The notes under the pieces: generated by a model
Seen by the model: the letters and a program-made list of their open reading frames with translations, nothing else
Database searches by the model: none
Told to the model about the DNA's origin: nothing
Shown: in pieces, positions 49,133-56,998 of the stretch
Numbering within the stretch: the stretch's first letter is position 1
Layout: each line of letters opens with the position of its first letter
DNA from: Dehalococcoidia bacterium
Lineage (GTDB): Bacteria > Chloroflexota > Dehalococcoidia > UBA2979
Assembly: GCA_965219085.1 (NCBI GenBank)
Contig: OZ244720.1
Location: forward strand, 2,016,001-2,080,000
DNA: 64,000 bases
Direction: 5' to 3'
Program-made: the position numbers and the translations under genes

Positions 49133-50131
49133 ATGACGCGCGTTGCGATCATCGGGACCGGGCTCATCGGGGCCTCGATTGGCCTTGGGCTGCGTGAGCA
49201 GGCCGACGAGAAGACGATCGAAATCGTCGGCCACGACCGCAATACCCAGCGTGCACGCACGGCCGAGCGCCGGAAGGCGATCGACAAGCGCGAGAACAGC
49301 GCCCTCGCTGCTGTGCGCGACGCCTCGCTCGTCATCATCAGCACGCCCATCCTCGCCATGCGCGAGGTGATGCGGGAGATTGCGAACGCGCTCATGCCGG
49401 GGGCCGTCGTCACCGACACGGGTTCCACCAAGGGCGAGGTGATGCGCTGGGCGCGGGATCTGCTGCCCACGAGCATCAACTTCGTCGGCGGCCACCCCAT
49501 GGCCGGCAAGACCGAGGTCGGCGCCGACCACGCCGACCCCAGGCTGTTCGAGGGCGCCCGCTGGGTGGTCGTGCCGACCCGCAACGCCTCGCAGGCCGCG
49601 GTCGAGACGGTCACGGGCTTCGCCGCGGGCCTCGGCGCGAAGCCGATGTTCATGGATCCCGACGAGCACGACGCCTACGCCGCCGCCGTCTCGCACCTGC
49701 CGATGCTGGCCGCGGCGGCGCTGTTCCGCCTCACCCGCGACTCCGAGGCCTGGCCGGAACTCTCGATGCTCGCATCGAGCGGGTTCCGCGACACGACGCG
49801 CCTCGCCGGTACCGACGAGCAGATGGCGCACGACATCGCGCTCACCAACCGCGATCAGGTCGTGCACTGGCTGCAGCGCTACCGCGGAGCGATCTACGAC
49901 CTCGAGGACCAACTGAGCAACCTCGAGGGCGACGAGGAACTCCTCGCGTGGTTCGCGAAGCTCAACTTCGACTACCTCGGCTTCAAGGAGGGCCAGATCG
50001 GCCGCGTCGAGCTCGACCAGCAGCGCAGCCTGCCCGACATCTCGGTCACCGACATGTTCATGGGCGGCGCGCTCGCCGACCGCCTGCGTCAGCTCACCGA
50101 TCGCGCGAACGAGACCGGCCGCCGGCGGTAG
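49133..50131 (+). CDS. tyrA: Prephenate/arogenate dehydrogenase
   Basis: GTGLIGAS Rossmann motif, DTGSTK, GGHPMAG, HD...SHLP, GFRDTTRLA. Confidence 0.93.
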   Translation: MTRVAIIGTGLIGASIGLGLREQADEKTIEIVGHDRNTQRARTAERRKAIDKRENSALAAVRDASLVIISTPILAMREVMREIANALMPGAVVTDTGSTKGEVMRWARDLLPTSINFVGGHPMAGKTEVGADHADPRLFEGARWVVVPTRNASQAAVETVTGFAAGLGAKPMFMDPDEHDAYAAAVSHLPMLAAAALFRLTRDSEAWPELSMLASSGFRDTTRLAGTDEQMAHDIALTNRDQVVHWLQRYRGAIYDLEDQLSNLEGDEELLAWFAKLNFDYLGFKEGQIGRVELDQQRSLPDISVTDMFMGGALADRLRQLTDRANETGRRR

Positions 50132-50199
50132 CCGCCGCGCCCTCGGCGATCCGAGCCCGCGCCATCCCGCCCACGCCGACCTGCGGGTAGAGTGCGCAC

Positions 50200-51540
50200 A
50201 TGGTCAGCCGTACCGCCGCCGCCGACCGCATGACCGTCTCGCCGCCCGCGCTCCTGCGCGGGACTGTCGAGGTGCCCGGCGACAAGTCGATCACCCACCG
50301 CGCGTTGCTCTTCAACGCCATCGCGGTGGGCGACGCCGTCATCGACGGCTTCCTCGACGCCGCCGACACGCGCTCGACCCTCGAAGCGATACGCGCCCTC
50401 GGCGCGGACATCGAGGAGCTGGGTGGTGGGGGCCGGCTCGTCGTGCACGGTCGCGGTCGCGCGGGCCTCGTCGAGGCTGCCGACGTGCTCGATTGCGGCA
50501 ACTCGGGCACAACGATCCGGCTGCTGAGCGGGCTGCTTGCCGGGTTCCCGTTCCTGTCGGTGCTGACCGGCGACGGCTCGCTCCGACGTCGCCCAATGGG
50601 CCGCGTCGTGTCGCCGCTGCGCGCCCTCGGAGCCCGCATCACGGCCCGCGCGGACGGGACACTGCCGCCGGTCGTGATCGAGGGCGGCCCGCTCGCCGGC
50701 GGGCAGCGCATCGAGACGCCGGTCGCGTCGGCGCAGGTGAAGTCGGCGCTGCTGCTCGCAGGCCTCGCTGCCGCTGGCCCGACGACCGTCGTCGAGCCGT
50801 CGCGGTCGCGCGACCACACCGAGCGCATGCTCGGCGCGATGGGCGCGGGCGTCCGCACGGAGGGCACGGCCGTGACGCTCACGCCGCCCGTCGGCGACCT
50901 CGCGGCCGTCGATGTGCGCGTGCCGGGTGACATCAGCACCGCAGCGGCGTGGATCGTCGCGGCGACGCTGCACCCCGACGCCGATCTCGTGCTCGCGGGC
51001 GTCGGCCTCAACCCCACGCGTGCGGGCATCCTCGACGTGCTGCGCGCGATGGGCGCGGACATCGAGGAACTCGATCCGCGCGATGTGGGCGGCGAGCCGG
51101 TGGCGGACCTGCGCGTGCGCAGCGCCGCGCTGCGCGGCGTGCGCATCGACGGCGACGTGGTGCCGCGCGCGATCGACGAACTGCCGCTACTCGCCCTCGC
51201 CGGCGCGCTCGCCGAGGGCGATACGGTCATTGCCGATGCCGCCGAGCTGCGCGTGAAGGAGTCGGACCGCGTCGCCACCACTGCCGCCACGCTGCGAGCG
51301 CTCGGTGCGGAGGTCGAGGAGCGCGACGACGGCCTCGCCGTCGCCGGCGGAGCACGGCTGCGCGGCGCGGCCGTCGAGGCCGCGGGCGACCACCGGCTGG
51401 CGATGCTCGGTGCGGTTGCGGGCCTGCTTGCCGACGGCGAGACGATGGTGGCGGGAGCCGGCGCCGTGTCGATCTCCTACCCGGACTTCTGGGCCGACCT
51501 CGCCCGCGTCGGCGCCTCCCCGGCAGCCGCGCGGGCGTAG
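50200..51540 (+). CDS. aroA: EPSP synthase
   Basis: PGDKSITHR, GNSGTT, RPMGR, SAQVKSA, RDHTE, RVKESDR, DHRLAM. Confidence 0.97.
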   Translation: MVSRTAAADRMTVSPPALLRGTVEVPGDKSITHRALLFNAIAVGDAVIDGFLDAADTRSTLEAIRALGADIEELGGGGRLVVHGRGRAGLVEAADVLDCGNSGTTIRLLSGLLAGFPFLSVLTGDGSLRRRPMGRVVSPLRALGARITARADGTLPPVVIEGGPLAGGQRIETPVASAQVKSALLLAGLAAAGPTTVVEPSRSRDHTERMLGAMGAGVRTEGTAVTLTPPVGDLAAVDVRVPGDISTAAAWIVAATLHPDADLVLAGVGLNPTRAGILDVLRAMGADIEELDPRDVGGEPVADLRVRSAALRGVRIDGDVVPRAIDELPLLALAGALAEGDTVIADAAELRVKESDRVATTAATLRALGAEVEERDDGLAVAGGARLRGAAVEAAGDHRLAMLGAVAGLLADGETMVAGAGAVSISYPDFWADLARVGASPAAARA

Positions 51541-51559
51541 CGCAAGCGGGCGAGGACTC

Positions 51560-52189
51560 GTGCCGGACCTCGAACGAACAGGCCTCGAACGAACAGGCGG
51601 CGAGCCGCCGCTGCTGACCGTCATCTCGGGACCCTCGGGCGTAGGCAAGGACGCGCTCATGACGCGCCTGCTGGCCGATGGCGACTTCCGCCGCCCCGTC
51701 ACGATGACCGCCCGCCGGCCGCGCCCCGGCGAGGTCGACGGCGTCCACTACCACTTCGCCACGCACGACCAGTTCGAGGCGGCGATCGCGGCCGGCGAGC
51801 TGCTCGAACACGCCCTGGTCTACGGCACGTACTACGGCACGCCGCGCAGCTCGCTGCGCGACGCCCTCGCGAGCGGACTCGACCTGCTGCTCCAGGTCGA
51901 CGTGCAGGGCGCCCGCTCGCTCCGCGAGGTGCTGGACGGCGCGTTCTTCGTCTTCATCGCCCCGGAGAGCCTCGACCAACTCGAAGGCCGCCTGCGCGAG
52001 CGTCCCGGCACGGACGACGGGGAGATCGCGCGCCGTCTCGCCTCGGCGCGCGCGGAGCTCGAGTTGCAGCACGCCTTCGACGCCGTGGTCGTCAACATCG
52101 AGGGCGACCTCGACGGCACGGTCGAGCGCGTCCGCGAGCTGGTCACGCGCGAGCGTGGGCGGCCAGGCCGGCGAGCGGTGGAGGTGTAG
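51560..52189 (+). CDS. gmk: Guanylate kinase
   Basis: SGPSGVGK, RPRPGEVDGVHYHF, YYGT, DVQGA. Confidence 0.95.
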   Translation: MPDLERTGLERTGGEPPLLTVISGPSGVGKDALMTRLLADGDFRRPVTMTARRPRPGEVDGVHYHFATHDQFEAAIAAGELLEHALVYGTYYGTPRSSLRDALASGLDLLLQVDVQGARSLREVLDGAFFVFIAPESLDQLEGRLRERPGTDDGEIARRLASARAELELQHAFDAVVVNIEGDLDGTVERVRELVTRERGRPGRRAVEV

Positions 52190-52687
52190 GGGGCGACGCG
52201 TGGTGGAGGGGTGAGGCGAGTCGGCTGCGGCGTACGCCTGGACTGGCGTTCTGGCTACTGCACCCGCAGGGGTGGGATACGGGAATAAACGTCGGCTGGC
52301 TGGCGCGATGGTCCGGCGCCAGCAGGACGGAGATGAGAGACGCCGGGCTACAGACGCTTGTCGAGGGCTTCGAAATGAACACCGAGATGGCCCTCAACGC
52401 GGCGAACGCCTGGTGTGGCTGCTGAGAGCTGTGGCTGTGCAGACATTCTTCGTTGTGCTCGTGCAGGTCGCTGCAGCAGTCGACGGTGCGGCAGCGGCGG
52501 GCGGTCTCGTGTAGGCCGTCCGAGCGACGGGGTGGGCTGGCGTCAGCCGATCCCCTTCTTCAACCGGGTATTCGGCTTGCGTTCTTCGTCGTTGCTCATG
52601 TGCGATCCTGCTCCTGCCAGTACCCACTATCCACCGGTGACCTTCGATCGGCTACTCGCTCCTGCGAGGCAGCTTCGGCGGTGCTGC

Positions 52688-52978
52688 TCAGTAGCGCTGC
52701 TCGTACCACCCCTCGCCCGCAGGCTGCGTGTCGTCGTGGAACAGCGTCAACGAGGCGCCGTCCGCGGTCGTGACGCGGTAGTAGCTGCGTCGCAGCGACG
52801 TCTCGCGCCACCACTCGTCGGCGATGCGCCACGCCTCCTCGACGCGCTCGACGGCGAGCGAAGTGGCGGGCGCGCCGCGACGCGCCTGCCGCTGCACCTC
52901 GACCGGCTCGCCGCCGGGGCTAGTGCGCACTGTGAGCGGTCGCGGCAGGCCCAGCGGGCTGAGCGCGCCGGCGGTCAC
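52688..52978 (-). CDS. Small mutasome-associated protein (resembles the ImuB C-terminal domain / DUF6504-like)
   Basis: WRIADEWWRE...RSYYRV...LFHD...W; GTGA overlap with the imuB stop codon. Confidence 0.7.
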   Translation of the reverse strand: MTAGALSPLGLPRPLTVRTSPGGEPVEVQRQARRGAPATSLAVERVEEAWRIADEWWRETSLRRSYYRVTTADGASLTLFHDDTQPAGEGWYEQRY

Positions 52979-54237
52979 GGCTCGTAGTCCGCGAGGGCGT
53001 AGCGACGCTCCGGGATGCGGCTGAGCGGCGCGAGCGTAACGACGCGCTGTAGCGCCGCCCGCCCGTAGCGCAGCTGGAGGTGGCGCGCCATCTCGTCCAG
53101 TTGCTCGCGCCGGCGACCGCCGCGCTCGCGCAGCAGCCGCCCCTGGCGGCCGCGCTCGGCGGTCAGCCCACCGAGCTCCAGCGCCAGCTCCGCGACCGGC
53201 CCGCCGAGCTCGGCCGCCTCGATCGAGGGGCGGAGCGCCGTCCACAGCCGATCGCGGTCGCCGGTCGGCTCGTTGAGCACGCGCGTGCGCTCCCAGACGT
53301 GCTCGTCCTCGGTCACCGCGGTGAGGCGGGCGGTGCGTACGAGGCGGCCCCGCACCGACGGCCGCGCGAGCGCGCGCCCCAGCAACTGGCCGAAGGTATG
53401 CAGCACCGCCTCGCGGGCGATGAGGGGCGGCTCGGCCTGCGCGCGCTCCACCACGCGCTCGCCGCGCACCATCGGCGTGAGCGGGGTGGCGTCCTCGCCG
53501 CGCGCGGCGAGCCACGCCCGGCCGCCGTTCGCGCCGAGCTGGGCCTCGACGGCGTGGCGCGGCAGCGCCGCGAGGTCGCCGAGCGTGGCGATGCCGAACA
53601 GCCCCAGCCATTCTTCTCGCGATGCGGGGATACCCCGCAGGTCTTCCCGGGACGCGGGGATACCCCGCAGGTCCCTCGACGCCGCGTCCAGCGGCAGCAG
53701 CGCGGTCGGCAGCGGCGCCAGCCACTCGCGAGCCTCGGCGTCGCTCACGCGCAGCCACGCCCCCGGCTGGGCGACGGCAGCGGCGGCACGCGCCGTGAAG
53801 CGGCTGCCGGCCAGCCCCAGCCGCACGCCGAGTGCGCCCGGCGCGGCGTCGAGCAGGGCCTGTGCGATCGTGTCCTCGTGCGGGTAGAGGCCATCGAGGC
53901 CGCGCAGGTCGGCGTACACCTCACCGGGCGCCGCCTCCTCGACTAGTGGGCTTACGGCAGCCGCCGCCTCGACGAGCTGGTCGGCGGCGCGGCGCACGCG
54001 CGCCGGGCGCGACTCGAGCACGACGAGCGCCGGGCACCAGCCGACGGCCTCGGCGAGCCGCTGCCCCGTGCGCACGCCACGCTCGGTGGCGGCGTCGGTG
54101 GCCTCGGCCACACGCAGCCCCGGGTCGTCGGTGACGGCGACAGGCCGGCCGCGCAGCTGCGGCCGCGCGACGAGCTCCGCGGCGAGCGCGAGCGCCGGTA
54201 CGAGCAGGCACGCGATGAGTGGACGTCGAGCGGCCAT
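52975..54237 (-). CDS. imuB: Y-family polymerase-like ImuB (catalytic acidic residues not conserved)
   Basis: RPVAV, A..RGVRTGQRLAEA...CP, SPLVE, YADL, FGIATLGDLA, beta-clamp-like QGRL; LexA box upstream. Confidence 0.85.
   Translation of the reverse strand: MAARRPLIACLLVPALALAAELVARPQLRGRPVAVTDDPGLRVAEATDAATERGVRTGQRLAEAVGWCPALVVLESRPARVRRAADQLVEAAAAVSPLVEEAAPGEVYADLRGLDGLYPHEDTIAQALLDAAPGALGVRLGLAGSRFTARAAAAVAQPGAWLRVSDAEAREWLAPLPTALLPLDAASRDLRGIPASREDLRGIPASREEWLGLFGIATLGDLAALPRHAVEAQLGANGGRAWLAARGEDATPLTPMVRGERVVERAQAEPPLIAREAVLHTFGQLLGRALARPSVRGRLVRTARLTAVTEDEHVWERTRVLNEPTGDRDRLWTALRPSIEAAELGGPVAELALELGGLTAERGRQGRLLRERGGRRREQLDEMARHLQLRYGRAALQRVVTLAPLSRIPERRYALADYEP
53611..53673. repeat. 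30-bp in-frame tandem repeat with palindromic core inside imuB
   Basis: GCGGGGATACCCCGCAGGTC at 53624 and 53654; encodes DLRGIPASRE twice. Confidence 0.85.
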
Positions 54238-54271
54238 GTTCACCCCCGCCAAGAGGTGGTCTGATGGTATC

Positions 54272-54285
54272 AGAACTCGTGTTCG
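54272..54285. promoter_or_regulatory. LexA (SOS) box for imuB, adjacent to a TACCAT -10 on the minus strand
   Basis: AGAAC-TCGT-GTTCG matches GAAC-N4-GTTC. Confidence 0.85.
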
Positions 54286-54623
54286 ATAAACAGGCGCCGT
54301 AGCCGAGCGGCGGTTGATCGCTCGTCAGTCGCCGAGCCAGCCGACGAGGAACCGCGGACTCGGCCAGGGCTCGCGCAGCAGCCGGCGGCCGAGTCTCACC
54401 GCGTGCGCGCCGGTGGGGCGCGCCGTAGCCGTGCCTCGACGATCTTGCGCTCCGGCACACGCGAGCGTTGTTGAGAAGGCGGTCGAGATCGGCGAAGGCG
54501 GCCACAGGCGGTTGACGGGCGACACGCCTTGCGCGCGTTCGACTCGCTAACCGCGACGCTGTACTGTCCGGCCTTGCGGTCGACTGGAACGGTCGCCGCT
54601 GTGGCAAGGTCGGGAGTTACGTG

Positions 54624-56561
54624 ATGTGCGCACGCCTGGCGGTTCTGGCGGTGGCGGGCTTGATGGCGGTGCTGGGCGTGACCGCCATCACGGCCTCCGG
54701 TACGGGCCACGAGACCGAGGTGCGCATCACGGCCGCGCTGGCTGTTGACGGCCGCACCGAGTTCGCGCTGCAGCAGCGCGAGGCGGACGATGGGTGGAGC
54801 GAGCGGCTACTGACGCGGGCCCGGTTCTTCCCCGCCACGGCCACGGTTGGGCGCTGGCTGTCGAGCACGCCGCTGACGGTGCGCGCGCCGGGCGCCGGCG
54901 ATGACGCCGCGGGGGCCGAGGTGCGCATCACGGCGCAGCGGCTCGCCGACGATCGCATCGAGTTCGCGCTGCAGGAGCGCGAGGCGGACGGGGAGTGGGG
55001 TGAGCGGCTGTTGCCGCGGGCGCGGTTCTTCCCGGCCACAGTCACGGTCGGGCGCTGGCTATCGAGCACACCGCTCACGGTGAGTCTGCCGGAGCCGACT
55101 CCCACGGCTACTCCGATCGCCACTCCAACGCTGGAGCCGACTCCCGCGCTCGTAGCCACGCCGACCGCAACTCCTGCGCCCACCTCCGCGCCGGAGCCGC
55201 AGGTATCGCCGGACACGGCCGAGGACGGCGGGAGCGTGGCGTCGGACCGGGCGGCGTTGGTGGCGGTCTACAACGCCACGGGAGGCGCAAGCTGGACCAC
55301 CAGCACGAACTGGCTGAGTGACAGGCCCCTCGATGAATGGCTCGGTGTCACCACGAACAGCGACGGCCGTGTCACTGCGCTGCGGCTCGCGTCCAACGAG
55401 TTGACGGGGCCGATCCCGGCCGAGCTGGGTGACCTCACCAACCTGCAGAGCCTGTGGCTCAACAACAACGAGTTGACTGGGCCGATCCCCGCCCAGTTGG
55501 GCGACCTCTCTAACCTGGAATTGCTGTCGCTCTCCGAGAACGAGTTGACGGGGCCGGTCCCGGCCCGTTTGGGCGACCTCACCAACCTGCGCGAGCTCTG
55601 GCTCTCCGGAAACGAGTTGACGGGGCCGATCCCGGCCTGGCTGGGCGAGCTCACCAGCCTGCGATTGCTGCATCTCGGGGGCAGCCAGTTGACGGGGCCG
55701 ATCCCGACCGAGCTGGGCGCCCTCACCAACCTGGAATCGCTGATTCTCCACAACAACCAGTTGACGGGGCCGGTCCCGGCCGAACTGGGTGCCCTCACCA
55801 ACCTGTCTGGGCTGATACTCGGGAACAACCAGTTGACGGGGCCGGTCCCGACCGAGCTGGGCGCCCTCACCAACCTGTCTGGGCTGATACTCGGGAACAA
55901 CCAGTTGACGGGGCCGGTCCCGACCGAGCTGGGCGACCTCTCCAACCTGCGAACGCTGTGGCTCACGGGGAACGAGTTGACAGGGCGGATCCCGGCCGAG
56001 CTGGGCGCCCTCACCAACCTGGAATCGCTGATTCTCCAGAGCAACCAGTTGACGGGGCCGATCCCGACCGAGCTGGGCGACCTCCCCAACCTGCGAACGC
56101 TGTATCTTGGGGGCAGCCAGTTGACAGGGCGGATCCCGGCCGAGCTGGGCACCCTCGCCAACCTGCGAGAGCTGGGCCTCCAGAACAATCAGTTGACGGG
56201 GCCGATCCCGGCCGAGTTGGGCGACCTCTCCAACCTGCGAACGCTGTCCCTCGGGTTGAACGAGTTGGCGGGGCCGATCCCGGCCGAGTTGGGCGACCTT
56301 ACCAACCTGTGGACGCTGTCGCTCCACAACAACGAGTTGACGGGGCCGATCCCGCCCGAGTTGGGCGGCCTCACCTCCCTGAGATGGCTGTACCTACCGG
56401 GCAACCAGTTGACGGGGTCGATCCCGGCCGAGCTGGGCGGCCTCACCTCCCTGGTAGAGCTGGCCCTCGCGGGCAACGAGTTGACAGGGTGCGTGCCAGT
56501 AGGCTTGCGAGATGTAGCGATACATGATCTTGGGGATCTCGGCCTGCCCGACTGCGGTTAG
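54624..56561 (+). CDS. Secreted eukaryote-like leucine-rich repeat protein
   Basis: Signal peptide, two N-terminal repeats of about 55 aa, PT-rich linker, LRR N-cap (DRAALVAVYNATGG..W...NW), 24-aa plant-type LRRs. Confidence 0.93.
   Translation: MCARLAVLAVAGLMAVLGVTAITASGTGHETEVRITAALAVDGRTEFALQQREADDGWSERLLTRARFFPATATVGRWLSSTPLTVRAPGAGDDAAGAEVRITAQRLADDRIEFALQEREADGEWGERLLPRARFFPATVTVGRWLSSTPLTVSLPEPTPTATPIATPTLEPTPALVATPTATPAPTSAPEPQVSPDTAEDGGSVASDRAALVAVYNATGGASWTTSTNWLSDRPLDEWLGVTTNSDGRVTALRLASNELTGPIPAELGDLTNLQSLWLNNNELTGPIPAQLGDLSNLELLSLSENELTGPVPARLGDLTNLRELWLSGNELTGPIPAWLGELTSLRLLHLGGSQLTGPIPTELGALTNLESLILHNNQLTGPVPAELGALTNLSGLILGNNQLTGPVPTELGALTNLSGLILGNNQLTGPVPTELGDLSNLRTLWLTGNELTGRIPAELGALTNLESLILQSNQLTGPIPTELGDLPNLRTLYLGGSQLTGRIPAELGTLANLRELGLQNNQLTGPIPAELGDLSNLRTLSLGLNELAGPIPAELGDLTNLWTLSLHNNELTGPIPPELGGLTSLRWLYLPGNQLTGSIPAELGGLTSLVELALAGNELTGCVPVGLRDVAIHDLGDLGLPDCG
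54717..55082 (+). repeat. Duplicated N-terminal domain (201-nt period)
   Basis: EVRITA..LA.D.R.EFALQ.READ..W.ERLL.RARFFPAT.TVGRWLSSTPLTV twice. Confidence 0.9.
55395..56495 (+). repeat. 72-bp LRR tandem array (16 (N/S)xL(T/A)G motifs)
   Basis: Recurrent AGTTGACGGGGCCGATCCCGGCCGAGCTGGGC core. Confidence 0.95.
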
Positions 56562-56942
56562 ACCGTATGAGCGTGTCTGAGGAGGCTGGGCGAGTTCTGC
56601 GGCCGGCTCTCGGAGGGGCGGGGAGGTCCCCGCCCCACTCGGTAGAGTCGTGAGCGAGGCGCCGCGACTCAGCGGAGCCGCCTCGCGACGACCCTGCGCG
56701 GCCACTGTCATTCGTGATGCTCGCGCATGAACTGGCGGGGCTCGTCACGCCCGACCCGTTGGGCGCTGTAGGTGCGAGCGCCGACGCTCCTGCTCAGGCC
56801 GACGCCATGCAGCACCGCAGCCCTCATCCAGGCCCTCAGCGCCCGTGCGGAACGTCGTGGACGCGGCGTGAGAGCCTCTCCAGTAGGGCATTCCCAGTAT
56901 AGATACTCAGTACCAATCCTTCGCCAGGGGCATCAGGCGGCG

Positions 56943-56974
56943 GATGGTATCAGAACGTGAGTTCTGATACCATC
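56943..56974. promoter_or_regulatory. 32-bp palindrome containing a LexA box and TACCAT -10 elements on both strands
   Basis: GATGGTATCAGAAC-GTGA-GTTCTGATACCATC, perfect 14-bp arms. Confidence 0.88.
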
Positions 56975-56998
56975 GCACCGCGGCGAGGGGGTGACGCC

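Noticed and set aside
52189-52690. Possible tmRNA or tRNA (GGGGGCGAC on plus; CTCCACCA end on minus at about 52201)
   Set aside because: No TTCGA T-loop correctly placed before the CCA, no pairing acceptor stem and no tag peptide; looks like decayed coding DNA.
53611-53673. Functional CRISPR mini-array
   Set aside because: Only two units, no spacer, inside a CDS; kept only as a palindromic insert.
55395-56495. 72-bp periodic repeat as a CRISPR array
   Set aside because: The period is a multiple of 3, it lies in an open frame encoding LRRs, the intervening parts are homologous, and there are no cas genes.
56957-56998. GTG 56957 as the dnaE2 start
   Set aside because: It lies within the LexA operator and upstream of the -10; GTG 56999 has a good SD.
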